Positions 37,356 to 51,229 of a stretch of DNA of 64,000 bases are shown here, in pieces. The notes beneath the pieces were generated by a model, which ran no database searches, had not been told where the DNA came from, and was given only the letters and a program-made list of their open reading frames with translations. Position 1 is the first letter of the stretch. Each line of letters opens with the position of its first letter. A program made the translations under genes and the position numbers. Origin of the DNA: Hypanus sabinus (taxonomy: Eukaryota); the NCBI RefSeq assembly GCF_030144855.1, contig NC_082715.1, positions 81,344,001-81,408,000 on the forward strand, given 5' to 3'.

Positions 37356-38281
37356 CATTTCCAAGATGGCGGCACGACGCAGCTTGCAGTGGCCACTCCG
37401 AAGCTGATTATTTGTGAAGTGGGGTGCCATGCGCAATCGTAATTGAATGAAAATGGACATGGGAGCACAGAGGAACATCGGGAAATCTCCAGGAAGACCT
37501 TCTTCGTTGCTGCTGCTGCTGTGAGGTCCGGGACTCTGCTGGGAAGAATAGGCCCCCAGTCCTCAGGGTCGCGTTGCCGATGGCTGTTGGCGGGACCACC
37601 TTAATACACTCGGCAGAGGATGGTGCTCGGAGAAGCTGTGCCGGAGGGGATGGTCGTCAGCTCAGAGGTTCGACAGACTCGGAGTCCGCTGCGGTCAGGT
37701 CGCTTTCGGTGTGTGCTGTGTCTGCGAGGCTGGGTTCAACGAGCTTTCATTGTGTGCTGCGTCTGCGAAGCTGAGTCGGGCGGCGCCGTGGAAGTTCATA
37801 GCGGGGGTATTCCCTTCTGCCGCCTGCGTGGGATGGCGAGTCTGTCGGGACCCTGGGGACTTGCGGAAACTGTGTGGTGATTTCTTTTGAACTTATTGTC
37901 CTTTAACATCTTTGGAGTATTCTTACTGTGCCCACGGTCTGTTTTTTTTATCAATTATGCTATTGTTTGCACTGTTGTAACTATATGTTGTAACTACGTG
38001 GTTTTGTGCAGGTCTTGTAGCTTTAGTTTTTGGTCTTGTTTTCTCTGGTGGCTTTGGAGCTCCTTTCCGGGAACACGCTAAGATGGTAGCGTGATATTAA
38101 TACGCAGCAGCCTCTCCAGACTCTGGATTGGGGATTGCCAAACGTTATGTGGATTTTCTGGTGTAGTCTGTTTTGTCATATGCTTTTGTGATATCATTCT
38201 GGAGGAACATTGTCTAATTTTTTAACTGCATTGCATTTGTGGTTTCTAAATGACAATAAACTGAATCTGAATTTGAATCTG
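37356..38281 (+). mobile_element. Non-autonomous retroelement, CpG-rich (copy A)
   Basis: Starts ccaagatggcgg; ends aataaa(ctgaat)n; inverted homologue at 55179-55947. Confidence 0.8.
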
Positions 38282-39191
38282 AAACATCACATGTAGCTCT
38301 CATCTATACGGAGGGTATAGATGCTTCACAGGAAAAGCTGGAGAACAACATTGAATAAGAATGGAAGCTATTCTGATGGGTTTATATCTAGAGTGATGTG
38401 CATGTTAAATAAAGATGTGTACAAGATGGCTAGCGTGGAAGATGTACAGCAGTACATACCAGATGCACTATCTGGCTTCTGTATATACTTTAAATTCTGT
38501 TATTTGCTCAGTATTTCAAAGTATTTTCCAAACTGTGAGATGACCTATGATTTTTTTTTTATGGATGTTAAATGGTTGTTGTGGTGAAGTTAGATTTTTC
38601 TGAAGAAAAGATATTCAAAGTTCAAAAAGCTTGAAGTAAGTTTATAGTCAAAATACATGTATGTCACCATATACAACCCTGAGATAGATTTTCTTGCAGA
38701 CAGTCACAGTAAATATAAAGAAACACAATAGGATCAATGAAAGACTGCACATAACAAGATACACTAACAACCAAAAGACAGCAAACTGTGCAAATACAAA
38801 AAGAAAAATATAATATCAATAAATAAATAAGCAGTATCTATCAAGAATGTGAGGTGAAGAGTCCTTGAAAGTGAGTCCATAGATTGTGGAAATGAAGTTC
38901 AGTGTTGGTTTGAGTGAAGTTAAGAGAAGTTACCCGCTCTGGTTCCGGAGCCTGATGGTTGTGGGGTAATAACTGTTTCTGGGTCTGAAGTATATTAGGA
39001 TTATGCAAGCAAATTGAAATTAAGATACAAATTAGTCATGATCTAATTGAATAGCAGAGGGAGATTATGGGTATTAAATGGTCTGTTGCTTTGTTCCTGT
39101 TTTGAAAGTAACAATGGGATGCATCCTTTTTACTGAGAATGTTGTTCACATTCTTGTTGCAGTTGCAGACCTGCTCCATACGTGCTCTACA

Positions 39192-39833
39192 ATGAGCAAC
39201 CGAAGGAAACGAACAGCCCCCATGCGGGTCGACGAGGAAGCAAAGAAGAGGCTTAGTTGGAACATGTGTGATGACCTGACGCAGCTCCAACCACTTTCTG
39301 TAACGGATAGCAGCAACAATCCTGAGGCTGTAGACACAAATTTCCCAAAACAGGGAGACACAAATTTCCCAGAACAGGGAGAGGCAGGGTCTCTCCTGTT
39401 GAGCAGTTTGAAATTGAATGAATCATCAAACATCTCCACTGTGACTGAGGTTGAGGATGAAGGGGGGGCTTTGCTGTCAAGTACCTCTGCCCCTCCCAGT
39501 CTCACCATCTTACCATACCATCCAGGTAAAGAGTGGCGAGCAGAGTTAAATCAGTTCACCCTCCAACTTCCAGAAGGCCAAGTATTTCCAGATAACATTT
39601 TGTCTGTCACCCTCTGCTTGTCAAAGGCCACTAATGACCATCATTTGAAAGTTTCAGTCAGGAAGGAATGTGATGACTCTGAGAGTGATTGCCATGAAGA
39701 AGTGATTGGCTCTGTAAGAAGTTCACTCAGTTATACAGTATTGGAGGATATATTATGGCTTCAAAAAAAGAAAGTTCTTGGATTATTCCAAAAGAATATT
39801 GAAGATTGTCAAACTTTGAATCAAACATTGAAG
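39192..39833 (+). CDS. SHPRH: SHPRH E3 ligase/SNF2 helicase, first coding exon (acceptor at 39163 or 39169)
   Basis: MSNRRKRTAPMRVDEEAKKRLSWNM...LEDILWLQKKKVLGLFQ; donor aag|gtattc; 642 nt, phase 0. Confidence 0.93.
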
Positions 39834-41093
39834 GTATTCATATTTATAATAAAATGTCAACTTTGACTTGACTATTAGTTTTTCTTCCTGACTGGCTGTT
39901 TTGTTTTCTCCCCAATTATATAATGATAACTTCAGAATTTCTGCCTTGTCATACAGGGAAACTAATCTGCACTTTGCCAAATCATATGCAAATAAAGGTA
40001 TAAATGTTTCAGTAATATACTAGAAAGCAAAATCACAGATCAATGCCACCTTCCTACCACAACAGCTTCATCTACTCAGTTTCAATTTTAATGAACATTC
40101 TTTAGTTTTGTTATGATTCCCTGCAACTTCATGGGATTCTACTCAATATACTGACCATCAGCAAGGCATTTAACAATGTGCTTAGATTTTCAAAAGATTA
40201 ATTTCCTTCTCTCTTTTACTCATTCTTCCACCCACTCTTGGTTTCTTTTTGTTTTATGTTTCTTCTTGCTGTCTTTTTGCTTTGTAATTATTTCTGTTTC
40301 TCACTTTTTCTTGTTCTGCTTGTTGGTTCATTGGCATCTGTATATGCAAATAATTTATGTGGAAATTACTTTCCCTCTCTCCTTCACTCAATTCCAAGAG
40401 AAAATCCTGCTTCATGTCCCTTGGTTTATGAAGCTGAAGTAATTATTCTACCTCTACAATTCTTCCTCAGTAGCCTGAGTGAGCTGCTCCTTCTATGTTT
40501 ATAGTGCTGTGCTTTCATTGCACAAGCTTGTCATCAAGGTGTTAATAATATTATCACCTGCTGGAGTTATGTCACTCCTCCATTTGCTCAAAGACCTACT
40601 CCTTGAACCTATTCATTTCTTGGAACTACTTTAATGGTTGCAATATATTTCTGTCCATTGATCAAGTGACATAAGGGAATGGCAAATGATTTGGAAGTAA
40701 CTTGGAACTGATAGCTTTTTTTGCTAAGTCACAGTTTTTATCCACTCAAGAAAAAAGGTCAGAGCAATAGAGAAACAACGTAAAAAAGGCCATGCAGAAT
40801 GCTTTAAGTCTCATGATTTTGAATATCTCCCATCAAATCTTTACCTATTCATCCTTCTCTAAGACAATCAAACCTAATTTTTTAGTTGCTCTTTGAAATG
40901 GAAGGCCTTGATCTCTTTAGCATTCTAGTAAATTTGCACTGCATCTTCTTCAAGATCCTGTCACCATCCCATGGTATAGTTCTTTGAAAATTTGGTGAAA
41001 ATTGAGTTAAAAATGTGCTTTTGTTTTTATTTTCTATTGCCAAACAGTCTAGTTATCGATTTAACTTTAATTTCCAACTGTTTTACTCTGTAG

Positions 41094-41223
41094 GTTGCTA
41101 TATATCTACTCGAGTTTGGTTTGGGAAAGCCAGAACACCTGAGTGAAGGAAGTTGGAGAATGAAAAAGGCAAATACATTGATTCAGAAACTCATGGAATA
41201 CTTTTATGACATAGCTGCTCCAG
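41094..41223 (+). CDS. SHPRH: SHPRH coding exon 2
   Basis: VAIYLLEFGLGKPEHLSEGSWRMKKANTLIQKLMEYFY; 130 nt, phase 0 to 1. Confidence 0.92.
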
Positions 41224-43596
41224 GTATAATGTTCATTGTAAAAGGAAAATGGAAACAGGGCAGCTTGAGAACCATTATAAAGCAATGTATAGATGCTGTG
41301 AATACACAGTAGGTCAGGCAGCATCCCCAGAGAGAGGAACAAGAGTTAACATTTAAAGTCAATGACCTTTATCAGAGCTGTTAATCTCAGATTAGTTTGT
41401 ACATAACTTTCATCATTTACTTTTTTCCAATACTAATTTCTGTTGCATCTTTTCTTCATTGCTGATTTCATTATGGAGCCATTAACATGATATGCTTAGA
41501 ACGATGAAAAAAGAAAGCTTGGATTAACATAAAACCATTCACAAAACTTATGATCTCTCATCGTAACGGATTTCTATTATTCAAGTAGGAAGTAGACTGT
41601 GCTATATGACATTGAAAATATTCACTTTACTTCTCTAGCAACACACAAAAGATACCGGAGGAACTCAGTAGGTTCGGCAGCATTTATGGAGGGCAATAAT
41701 CATTCAATGTTTTGGGCCAAGACTTGCAGAGTTCCTCTAGCATTTTTGGGTGTTTCTCAAGAATTCTGGCATTTGCAGAATCTCTTCTGGTTACACTTTA
41801 TTTATCTCATTGGTTTACCCAACCTGGTCAAAGTTCAATCCCATTTGGGGAAAAGAAAATACTTCCTGCTGGCTCCCACAAACACAAAATGAATGAAAAT
41901 ACACATGCAATAAATTTTCCATCAGGGCTGGAGTAACAGCTAGGGAAGCTTGCTTCTTGTTACTGAACTCATGTCTCAAAGAATGTATTACCACTCGCAG
42001 TGGTTGTCTTTAATAATTGGCTGGGTTGAGAGGGGCCTAGTCACCTCTCACTTGCCAGCATTAAACTGCTGAGAACCACTGAAGGTAGAGAGAAGGAGGG
42101 AGAGCATGGTGGTGAGGGTTGGGGTGAGAAGCAGATGGAAGCAAAAGAGCAGGGGAATGAGAAGTAGGTTAAAAGGAGTAGGTTTATCAGTGATCCCATG
42201 TTAAATACAATCTTTCTATTTAATTACAAAATAGGCCATCCTTCAGAATGCAAGTTTCTATATAATTTTCCTGATCTAGACACACACCAAAAAGGTTTGA
42301 ATCCTTGGCTGATGCCAAGCTTAAAGATTCTGGACACTTTTTGTCCCTGAGTCACCTAACAGTCTTGTGGGCTTACAGTTTTACAGATAAGCAACAAGCA
42401 TTGCTGACTTCCAAGTTAGTTGAACCTTGGAACTATCCTCTATCGTTCTGTATTCCTCAAACAGACAAAATGCACATTGGGTGACTACTTTGGGGGAACA
42501 CATTTGTTTAATCTGTAAGTGTATTATTGGGTTCCTGTGAGCATAATTTTTTGTCTCGCTCCCAAGGTGCTTCTCTATCCATGCGCTTGACACATTACTG
42601 CTCTCCAGACGTAACATTTAGTTCGATAGTTCCAGATATTGATTCCACTATTCATGTTTTCTTCTACACCTGCCCATGTTTCTTTATTTATACCATTAAC
42701 AACACATTATTGTTACAAAATTTCCCTAGTTATTAAACTCACTTTCTTTTCACCTTATCACTGAACTTGCCTTTAGTTCTTTCCCCATCATTCTGCAATT
42801 AGGAACATATTTTATCTCTAACTTTTTCGGTTATAATGGAATAATAGTGATATGAAACAATAATGATGCAGTCTGAAGTGCTGAGTAATTCCAGCATTTT
42901 CGGTTTTATTTTGCATTTCCACCATTTACTTTATTTTGGTTTACTATGTTTTATTGCTGTTGGTTGATGGGCAAATACTGGTATTTACAGACTAATGTTC
43001 CTGCTGTTCTTTCAGTAGTGCCAAATAATATTTTATGTGTATCTGAGATGCAAAGCCAGTTAGTTCTTTATGTAATATTTCTTTCAAAATGCCACATGCC
43101 AACTGCACTAGAAATGTTAGCCTAGAGATAAGCTAGTATAGCTCTCAAACAGGATTTGAACCCACAAATTTATATGAATGTGCTACCACTGAGAAAGGTT
43201 GTTTTAACAATGATTATCCAGACATTCCAACAGAAGGTCTATGTGGTGCTTTTTCAGCATCATTTCCTTAAATGTGGAGAATTCCACATCTTTGTTGCTC
43301 TTATACCTTCCAGTCTTCTAGAGTGCAGTCTTAAGGTCAATTTTGCATCATTGCATGAATGTTTAACTTAGATTGCTGTTCAATATCAATATCAGTTAGC
43401 TTAATTCCAAATGTATGCTTACAAAGTCTTCTTTAGAGAGCCATTGAAGAAATAATATGAACTGATATTCCCTAAATCCCTGAAATTCACGGTAGGTTCT
43501 TAAAACATGAAACCTGTGTTCATTTTTATGGGTGCTAGGCATTTTTTTAAACAATGCTTAACTAAAAATAATTTTTCTTCTGTACCTTTAATCTAG

Positions 43597-43812
43597 ATGT
43601 ATCAACCATCATTGAAGAAGCCAATAAAGAGTTAGAAAGAGAGAATATAGAAGAACTATATGACTTTGTACGCCATGCGCATCAACAGGAAGTCCTCTGC
43701 AATGAGAAGGTCCAGCACTCTCTGCTTGTTCCAACGCTCAGACCGTACCAGTGTCAGGCTGTCAATTGGATGCTTCAGAAAGAACATTATAATGTTGATC
43801 CTCCCTCTGACC
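43597..43812 (+). CDS. SHPRH: SHPRH coding exon 3
   Basis: ENIEELYDFVRHAHQQE...VQHSLLVPTLRPYQCQAVNWMLQKE (SNF2 Q-motif); 216 nt, phase 1 to 1. Confidence 0.94.
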
Positions 43813-44664
43813 GTAAGTTTGAACTGGAAGCTCTTAGAAAGATAGTTTTATTACTGAAGGCAAATCTTTCAGGTACTATAAAGAACAAAATTGCTTCTTC
43901 AAAAATAAATTGGTTTATTAATGTCCCATATACTGAGGCGAAAAACTTGTCTTGCATACCGTTCATACATTTTACAATTCATTACAACTTTACAAGGTAA
44001 AACAATTACAGAATGCACAATATAGTATCACAGTTACAGAGAAAGTGTAGACAGTAAGGTGCAATGTCATAACTGAGGTAAATCATGAGGTTAAGAGTCC
44101 TTCTTGTCATACTAGGGAATCTCAGTACTAATCAGTCTTTTAACAGAGGAATAGAAGCTGTCCTTGAGCCTGCTGGTATGTGCTTTCAGGCTTTTGTATC
44201 TTTTGCCCGATGGCAGAGGGAGAAGATACAAAATTGGGTTTTGACACCACCTAAGGATGGTAGTATGCTCATGAAGCTGCAGCATGTGGTTGGAACTCCA
44301 ATTCAGCCTAAACTGAAGCCCTTAATGTCTGTTGTCACACAAATAGGAACTAAAATGCTGGAAAATTTGTCAACTTCCATTGACTGACTACCTTACCTTT
44401 TTTTGTATTACATTCAAGAGTACATTCAGCACTAACAAATGAGTGAGCAGAAGATACAGCATTCCACATGCCTGAGGAAATGTATTGTGTGGCATTACAG
44501 GCTTAATATAGGAAGGTTGAATCTGTGATTTTCCAAATACATTGGTGGAAGTGCATGAGTTCTAACACCTTCTTTGTATTTTCATACTCATTTTTGCCAT
44601 TCAACTCTAACTTAAAAGCCAGTATAACAATGTGAATTGCAAATATTCAATTGTTTCAATGCAG

Positions 44665-44743
44665 AGATGTCCCTTCACTTGTTATGGAAAGAAATCACCA
44701 CTAAAGATGAGAAGAAATTATATTACAACCCCTACACTGGCTG
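44665..44743 (+). CDS. SHPRH: SHPRH coding exon 4
   Basis: MSLHLLWKEITTKDEKKLYYNPYTGC; 79 nt, phase 1 to 2. Confidence 0.93.
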
Positions 44744-45664
44744 GTGGGTATATTTTACTGCCTGGTATTCTTTTTGATGTGGTACTGAAGCTAAATGTGA
44801 TTGGTTTGGAATACAAACAGTTGAGGTGTCCAGAGTTCTTCTGTGAACTTTGTTACTGTTTAGATTTAGATGGGGTTTCACTGCATCTTACTTCTTAATG
44901 CCTTCTATGATAGCTTTGCTCAATGTTATATGGTACTTCCAGTTTTCTTGTATTCTCTATCCAGAAACCCAAGCACCTAATCCAGGTTTGCTAATAAGTC
45001 TCTAATGAGAACTTGATAACCTTTAAAGTATTTTGGGGACATTCTAGGGATCTGAAAAGCTAAATATGTATCCTCTTTTCCATTTTTCTCTGTTTTACTT
45101 CCTCTCTCACTGTCTTTAACTTCATCATTTTCTTAGTTTATTAACAATTTGTATTCTCATCTAGCTGGACTTTTGGTGACATTGCTCAATTATTGCTATT
45201 GCTGCTCCTGTATTTTATTTTGTAACTCAGTACTAATCAGGTAACAAAGTTGAGAAAGAACTAATTGTAAGCAGGGTGGGTGTTGCCCATCTCAGTGAAC
45301 ATCCTTTTGTCAGGACTCTTGTTTGTCTTTTTGAATCTAACTAATCTCAGAGGGATACATGATACTAATAATTAAAGTAACCAAAGATGTTCTTTAAAGA
45401 CATCTCAATGGGATTGGGCAGAATAATAGTTTGGCACCGAGTAGATGGGCTGAAGAGCCTGATTCTGTGCTATAATGCTCTACGGCTCTATGACAACAAA
45501 GTCTAATTATCATAAATAAGGACAGCCTAAAACAGAAGAGCACAACTGAATCCAAAGGCTATTTTCAATTCACACCCAGGTTAACTTCTAACTCTGACTC
45601 TGCATTAATTGCAATCTGTTGCCCTAAGGGACTGTCCTTGTTAAACTTAACGTTATAAGAAGTA

Positions 45665-47211
45665 AGGGCGAGTGCCCCGACTGAATAAGGTCCATCCTCA
45701 AACATCTAAAAGTGTTGGGGACATGGCTCTGCCCAATTTCCACTTACATTACTGGGCAGCTAACATACACTATCTCATCTTTTGGTCTCATTTCCACAAC
45801 CAATCTGACTGCCCAATATGGGTGGCAGTGGAGCTGTACTCTGTTAAGAATTTCTCTATTTTTGCACTTCTTGGATCCGCACTCCCTTTTCTTACGCCTA
45901 AACCAATTGCTAATCTTGTTACCAGGCACACCCTGAGAGAATGGGTTCAGTTCAGAAAGTATAGTGGTCTCTATGGCTTCTTTCTTTCAAGTCCTGTTCC
46001 ACATAATCACCTCTTCCAGCCTTCTATACATGATCCAACATTTCAAGACTGGTATAGAAAGGGCATCAGGCGCTTTAAAGATCTTTTTATAGACAACTGC
46101 TTTGCATCATTTGAACAATTGTCTGCAAAGTGTAACTTACCCAACACTCATTTCTTCAGATATTTGCAAATTAGACATTTTATCAGCCCTTTGTTTTGCT
46201 CTAATATCTACTATTAGTGACAAGCTAGTGGTTCTCAGGTGAGCCTCCCCTTGACAAAATTAAAACTGCCAAGGGAGCAAGATTTAAATTTTTCACTGTC
46301 AGACGATGTATGGGATTCAGTTCTCAAGTTAGTTAACTCAACCCCTTTATGTGCCCGCCACTGACTGTTACAGTTCAAGGTTGCACATAGGGCCCATGTG
46401 TCTAAAACTAAATTATCTCACATTTACCCAGGTGTTAATCCCTGCTGCGACAAATGCAAAAGGGGCGAGGCTTCCCTTATTCACATGTACTGGACATGCC
46501 CTAGCTTGGAAAAGTACTGGAGAGATGTTTTCCAAACTCTATCCCAAATACTTAATTACAACCTGGAACCTAACCCTTTGATTGCTCTTTTCAGCACCTC
46601 TGGAGAGGGGGACATGCACCTAAGTCCAACCAAACATCGCACACTGTCTTTTGCCTCTCTTTTGGCCAGGCGCGCAGTCTTGCTCAGGTGGAGGGATGCT
46701 GCCCTGCCCACCCATGCTCAGGGACATTATGTCCAGTCTATACCTTGAGAAGACCCATTATTCAACTCTCAATTTGGACATAAAGTTCCAAAATGTGTGG
46801 GGACCCTTTCTTGAATATTTTCAGAATTCCCAGCCAAACTAAAGGTTCATCCCTCCTCCATTCCTCTGCACATAACTCCCTGACTTTCAGCATTCTCCAG
46901 TAAAATTCTACAAACTCAGATGTGTAAACGTACAACAGTTTATGTGTTAGTAAAATACATCTCTATACCAATGAAGCTCTGTGGGGATAAAGGTTCTGTT
47001 TAACCCTTTTTGCTAATGCATGATGGCTTGGAGATGGGAATTGGGAAGGGTAGGTTGGGGCAGGGAGGCAACCAAAGCATGAATGTACTATGGGTGCATC
47101 TCTTTCATAAATGTGAATTGTGCATTTGTTACATTTGTTATGTACTGCATAAACCTCCTTTATACTATGCTTTCTTGATTTAAAAAACTAATAAAAATAT
47201 TGCTGAGAAAA
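45665..47211 (+). mobile_element. 5'-truncated L1-clade LINE with 16-bp TSD
   Basis: LPNFHLHYWAAN and CDKCKRGEASLIHMYWTCPSLEKYW (ORF2 C-terminal CCHC); AATAAA and A-tail; TSD AACGTTATAAGAAGTA at 45649-45664 and 47212-47227. Confidence 0.92.
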
Positions 47212-47378
47212 AACGTTATAAGAAGTAGGATCATACGTTCTTTACTACATGATACAATGCTTCTGACAGTATTGAACTTCACCGTTGACTCTTGTCTTTG
47301 AACATCATTTGATTTTAGTATGATTACCGAAGTACAGTATTTTCCACATGCTACTTTGTACTCTCAAAATATTTCTAG

Positions 47379-47529
47379 CATTATCCGTGACTGCCCTCTG
47401 TCAAGTGCTGACTGGCCTGGTGGAATCCTTGCAGACGAGATGGGTCTAGGAAAAACTGTGGAGATGCTGGCACTAATTCTGACCCACAAGCGTAAAGATT
47501 TGAAGGAAGACACATTATCATTCCCAGAG
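47379..47529 (+). CDS. SHPRH: SHPRH coding exon 5 (Walker A / motif I)
   Basis: [24 protein letters not shown]; 151 nt, phase 2 to 0. Confidence 0.96.
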
Positions 47530-48468
47530 GTACAGTCCAGCATTTAAACTTACTCTGGGTGTGTTCATCATCTGGGATTGACCTGGGGCCTGCAGTAGTT
47601 AAAGATTAGACTCCAGCATGCTGCAGCAAGCAAGCTGCAGGTGAATGTCTGACCAGGGCTGGCAGTGCTAAGGCAGTAATCTATCTTACATTGAAAGGCT
47701 AGTGTGATTTTGTAAAGTTCTGTAGTAACTGTGGGATCAGGGAAAAGTAATGCACTGGGGGAATACAGACTGAAAGGAATTATTGAAAAAGCAATTTGTG
47801 GAAATTTTGATACATCCTAAATTGGTCATTAGATTGACAGAATAGTGAGCCTCACTGTATTAGAATTCATTTATCGCTGAGATAGAAGCCCATGATAGTA
47901 ATAGACTGGCTGTTGTGACAAACACAAAATGCTGGAGGAACTCAGCAGATCAGGCAGCTGATCTATTGAGAAGAATAAAAAAATAGACGTTTTGGGCCGA
48001 GATCCTTTTGAAGAGTCATGGCTCCAAATTGGAGACTCCTTATTTTGCTCCATAGATGCTGCCTGACCTGCTGAGTTCCGCCAGCATTTTGTGTGTGTTA
48101 CTCTGGATTTGCAGCATCTGCAGAACCTCTTGTTCTGGATGTTGCAGGCTTTTGTGGTTGAAATGTGCCACTTGGCATTCCTTTCCTAAGGCTGTGCGTG
48201 GGTATTTGCCAGAGGCAGATACTTAGAAGACCATCAGACATAGGAGCAGAATTGGGCCACTTGGCCCATCGAGTCTGCTGCACCATTCAATCACGTCTGA
48301 TTTATTATCGCACTCAACCCCATTCTCCCATTTATTCCCCATAACCTTTGATGCTCTGACTAATCCAGGACCTATCAACCTCTGCTTTAACTTGGTCTCC
48401 ACAGCCATCTGTGACATGAATTCCACAGAGTCACCACCAAAATTTCTCTGCATCTCTCATCTGTTCTA

Positions 48469-49789
48469 CAAACCCCATTTCCAGAAAAGTTGGGATTTGC
48501 AATTGGAAATTTTGTCCATTCTTGCTTGATATAAGACTTCAGCTGCTCAACAGTCCATGGTCTCCGTTGTCTGATTCTCCTCTTCATGATGCACCATACA
48601 TTTTCAATAGGAGATAGATCTGGACTGGCAGCAGGCCAGTCAAGCACACGCACTCTGTGTCTACAGAGCCATGCTTTTGTAGCCCGTGCAGAATATAGTC
48701 TGGCATTGTCCTGCTGAAATAAGCATGGACGTCCTGGGAAGAGACGTCGCCTTGATGGCAACATATGTCTCTCTAAAATCCTAATATACGCCTCAGAGTC
48801 AATGGTACCTTCCGATACATGCAACTCACCCATGCCGTGGGCACTGATGAACCCCCATACCATTACAGATGCTGGCTTTTGCACTTTTCGCTGATAACAA
48901 TCAGGATGGTTGTTTTCATCTTTGGCACTGAGAACTCGACGCCCGTTTTTTCCGAAAACTAGCTGAAATGTGGACTCATCTGACCACAGCACACGGTTCC
49001 ACAGTCTTTCAGTCCATCTGAGATGAGCTTGGGCCCAGAGAACTCACCGGCGTTTCTGCAGAGTTGATGTATGGCTTCCTCCTTGCGTAATACAGTTTCA
49101 AGTTGCATTTCTGGATGCAGCGACGAACTGTGTTAAGTGAAAATGGTTTTCCGAAGTACTCCCGAGCCCAGGTGGCTATAATTGACACAGTAGTATGACA
49201 GTTTCTTAGGCAGTGCCGCCTGAGGGCTCGAAGATCACGCACATTCAACAGTGGTTTCCGACCTTGCCCTTTACGCACTGATACGTCTCTGAATTCTCTG
49301 AATCTTTTCACAATATTATGTACTGTAGATGTTGAAAGACCTGCAATCTGCGTTGGGAAATGTTCCTTTTGAACTGACTAACAACTCTCTCATGAATTTT
49401 GGCACAAAGGGGTGAGCCATGACCCGTCCTTGCTTGCAAAGACTGAGCCTTTGGTGGACGCTATTTTTATACCCAGTCATGATACCTCACCTGCTACCAA
49501 TTAGCCTGCTTAATGTGGAGTCTTCCAAACCGGTGTTACTTGAATATTCTGTGAACTTTTCAATCTTATTTTAACTCTGTCCCAACTTTTGTTGAGTGTG
49601 TTGCAGCCATCAAATTCTAAATTCGTGTATATTTACAAAATACAATTAAGTTGGTCAGTAAAACTATTGAAAATCTTTTCTTTGTACTTTTGTCAGTTAA
49701 ATAAAGGTTCACGTGAATTAACATATCACAGATTTTTGTTTTTATTGCATTTTGGAAAATATCCTAACTTTTTCTGGAAATGGGGTTTG
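48469..49789 (-). mobile_element. Tc1 (DD34E) transposon, defective, inserted in a CR1 fragment
   Basis: TA TSDs (48467-68, 49790-91); CAAACCCCATTTCCAGAAAA TIRs; WSDESTF / FQQDNA / SPDLSPIE with 34 residues between D and E; frameshifted, C-terminus deleted. Confidence 0.95.
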
Positions 49790-50561
49790 TAAATGAATGC
49801 CCCTCTATTCTGAGGCTGTTCCCTTTAGTTTTAGACTCTCCCACTATAGGAAACATCTTCCCCACATCCCTTTCCTCCACATTCCCTTTGATGGACCAAA
49901 GTGGGGTACATCAGGATACACCAGCATTTATGGGAAGGGTTTGGTTGTGAAGCAGTGGATTGGCATTTACTTTGTAATTTGTAGAGCTAAAACCACCTCC
50001 TTTCTGAGGAGATTAGAATATAGAATAGAACTACACATTAACATGATTAGCCCAGAAATTTTGAGCCCTTTAGTCTATAATGTCTGCCGACTATAATGCC
50101 AACTTAAACTGCACACCTGGCTATACATTTCTTGCAATCATTCATTATGCCACATATTAGAATTAGATTTATTATCACTGACATATGATGAGAAAGCAGT
50201 ACAGTGCAAAACATTAAAAAATCTGTTAATTACCAAAGTAAATACATAGTACAAGAAGTGGTAGTGTTCATAGGTGCTTGGATTGTTCAAAATCTGATGG
50301 TGGACAAGAAGAAGTATTCCTGAATTGGCTGTTTTGCTTCACTCTGAAAATCTAGTTGTGGACTTCCTGTTGAGTTAGCCTTGCTGTAAGGGATAATATC
50401 ATTCCCTAACAATGCTCCCTTTTAGGGTACAGTAGGGAAATTTGGACAACACCATCCTACTTTGTGAGTAAAGTTTAAAAGTTAAAATAGGAAGGTATCA
50501 TCATTTAGATGAGCAAATCATTGCAGGCAAATCTTTATTGATCATGTTCTTTTATTGCTAG

Positions 50562-50667
50562 GGAAAATCGACAAACTACTACATCCCACCTTCACTGCCT
50601 CACACCTCCTGTAGAACAAGTGAGAAGAAAAGTGAAATCAAGCCCAAGGAAAAGGTGACCTGCCCTA
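50562..50667 (+). CDS. SHPRH: SHPRH coding exon 6
   Basis: GKSTNYYIPPS...EIKPKEKVTCP; 106 nt, phase 0 to 1, gtaagt donor. Confidence 0.9.
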
Positions 50668-50891
50668 GTAAGTGCACCCTAAGTTATCATACAACAAAGT
50701 AACAATGAAATCTTTATAAATACAAGCCCCTGTTGGGATGCCTACTGTAAATAGAAATAGCAGACACTGTGTCATCCGTTGCCTGTTTTATTGGGCAGGA
50801 AATTAGAAACAGTATTTGTGGAGTCTACTTTACCAAAGGAAGGAAGGTTTGTATTTAAGTGACAACCATCCCAACTTGAGGATCTCAGAAT

Positions 50892-51167
50892 GGGGTATCA
50901 CAGTAGCATAGCGTTTAGTGCAATGCTATTACAGCTCAGTGTGTTAGAGTTTGGAGTTCCAGCGTCATCTGTAAGGATTTTGTTTGTCCTCCCCATGGAA
51001 TGTGTGGGTTTTCTCCAGGTGCTCCGGTTTCCTCCTGCAGTCTGAAGCTAGTAGGTTAATTGGTCATTATAAATTGTCCTGTGTTTAGGTTAGGCTTAAA
51101 TCAGGTGTTGTTGGACATCGCAGCGAGAAGGGCCTATTTCATGCTGCAGCTCAGTAAATAAATAAAT
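50892..51167 (+). mobile_element. V-domain SINE (HE1-like); second copy at ~54272-54555
   Basis: tRNA-like head, gtgggttttctccaggtgctccggtttcctcc core, (aaat)n tail. Confidence 0.75.
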
Positions 51168-51229
51168 GCTTTAAAGTTCATGAAACATTTTGACATCAGA
51201 TTGCAGATACTAGAAATTGAAACCACAGT

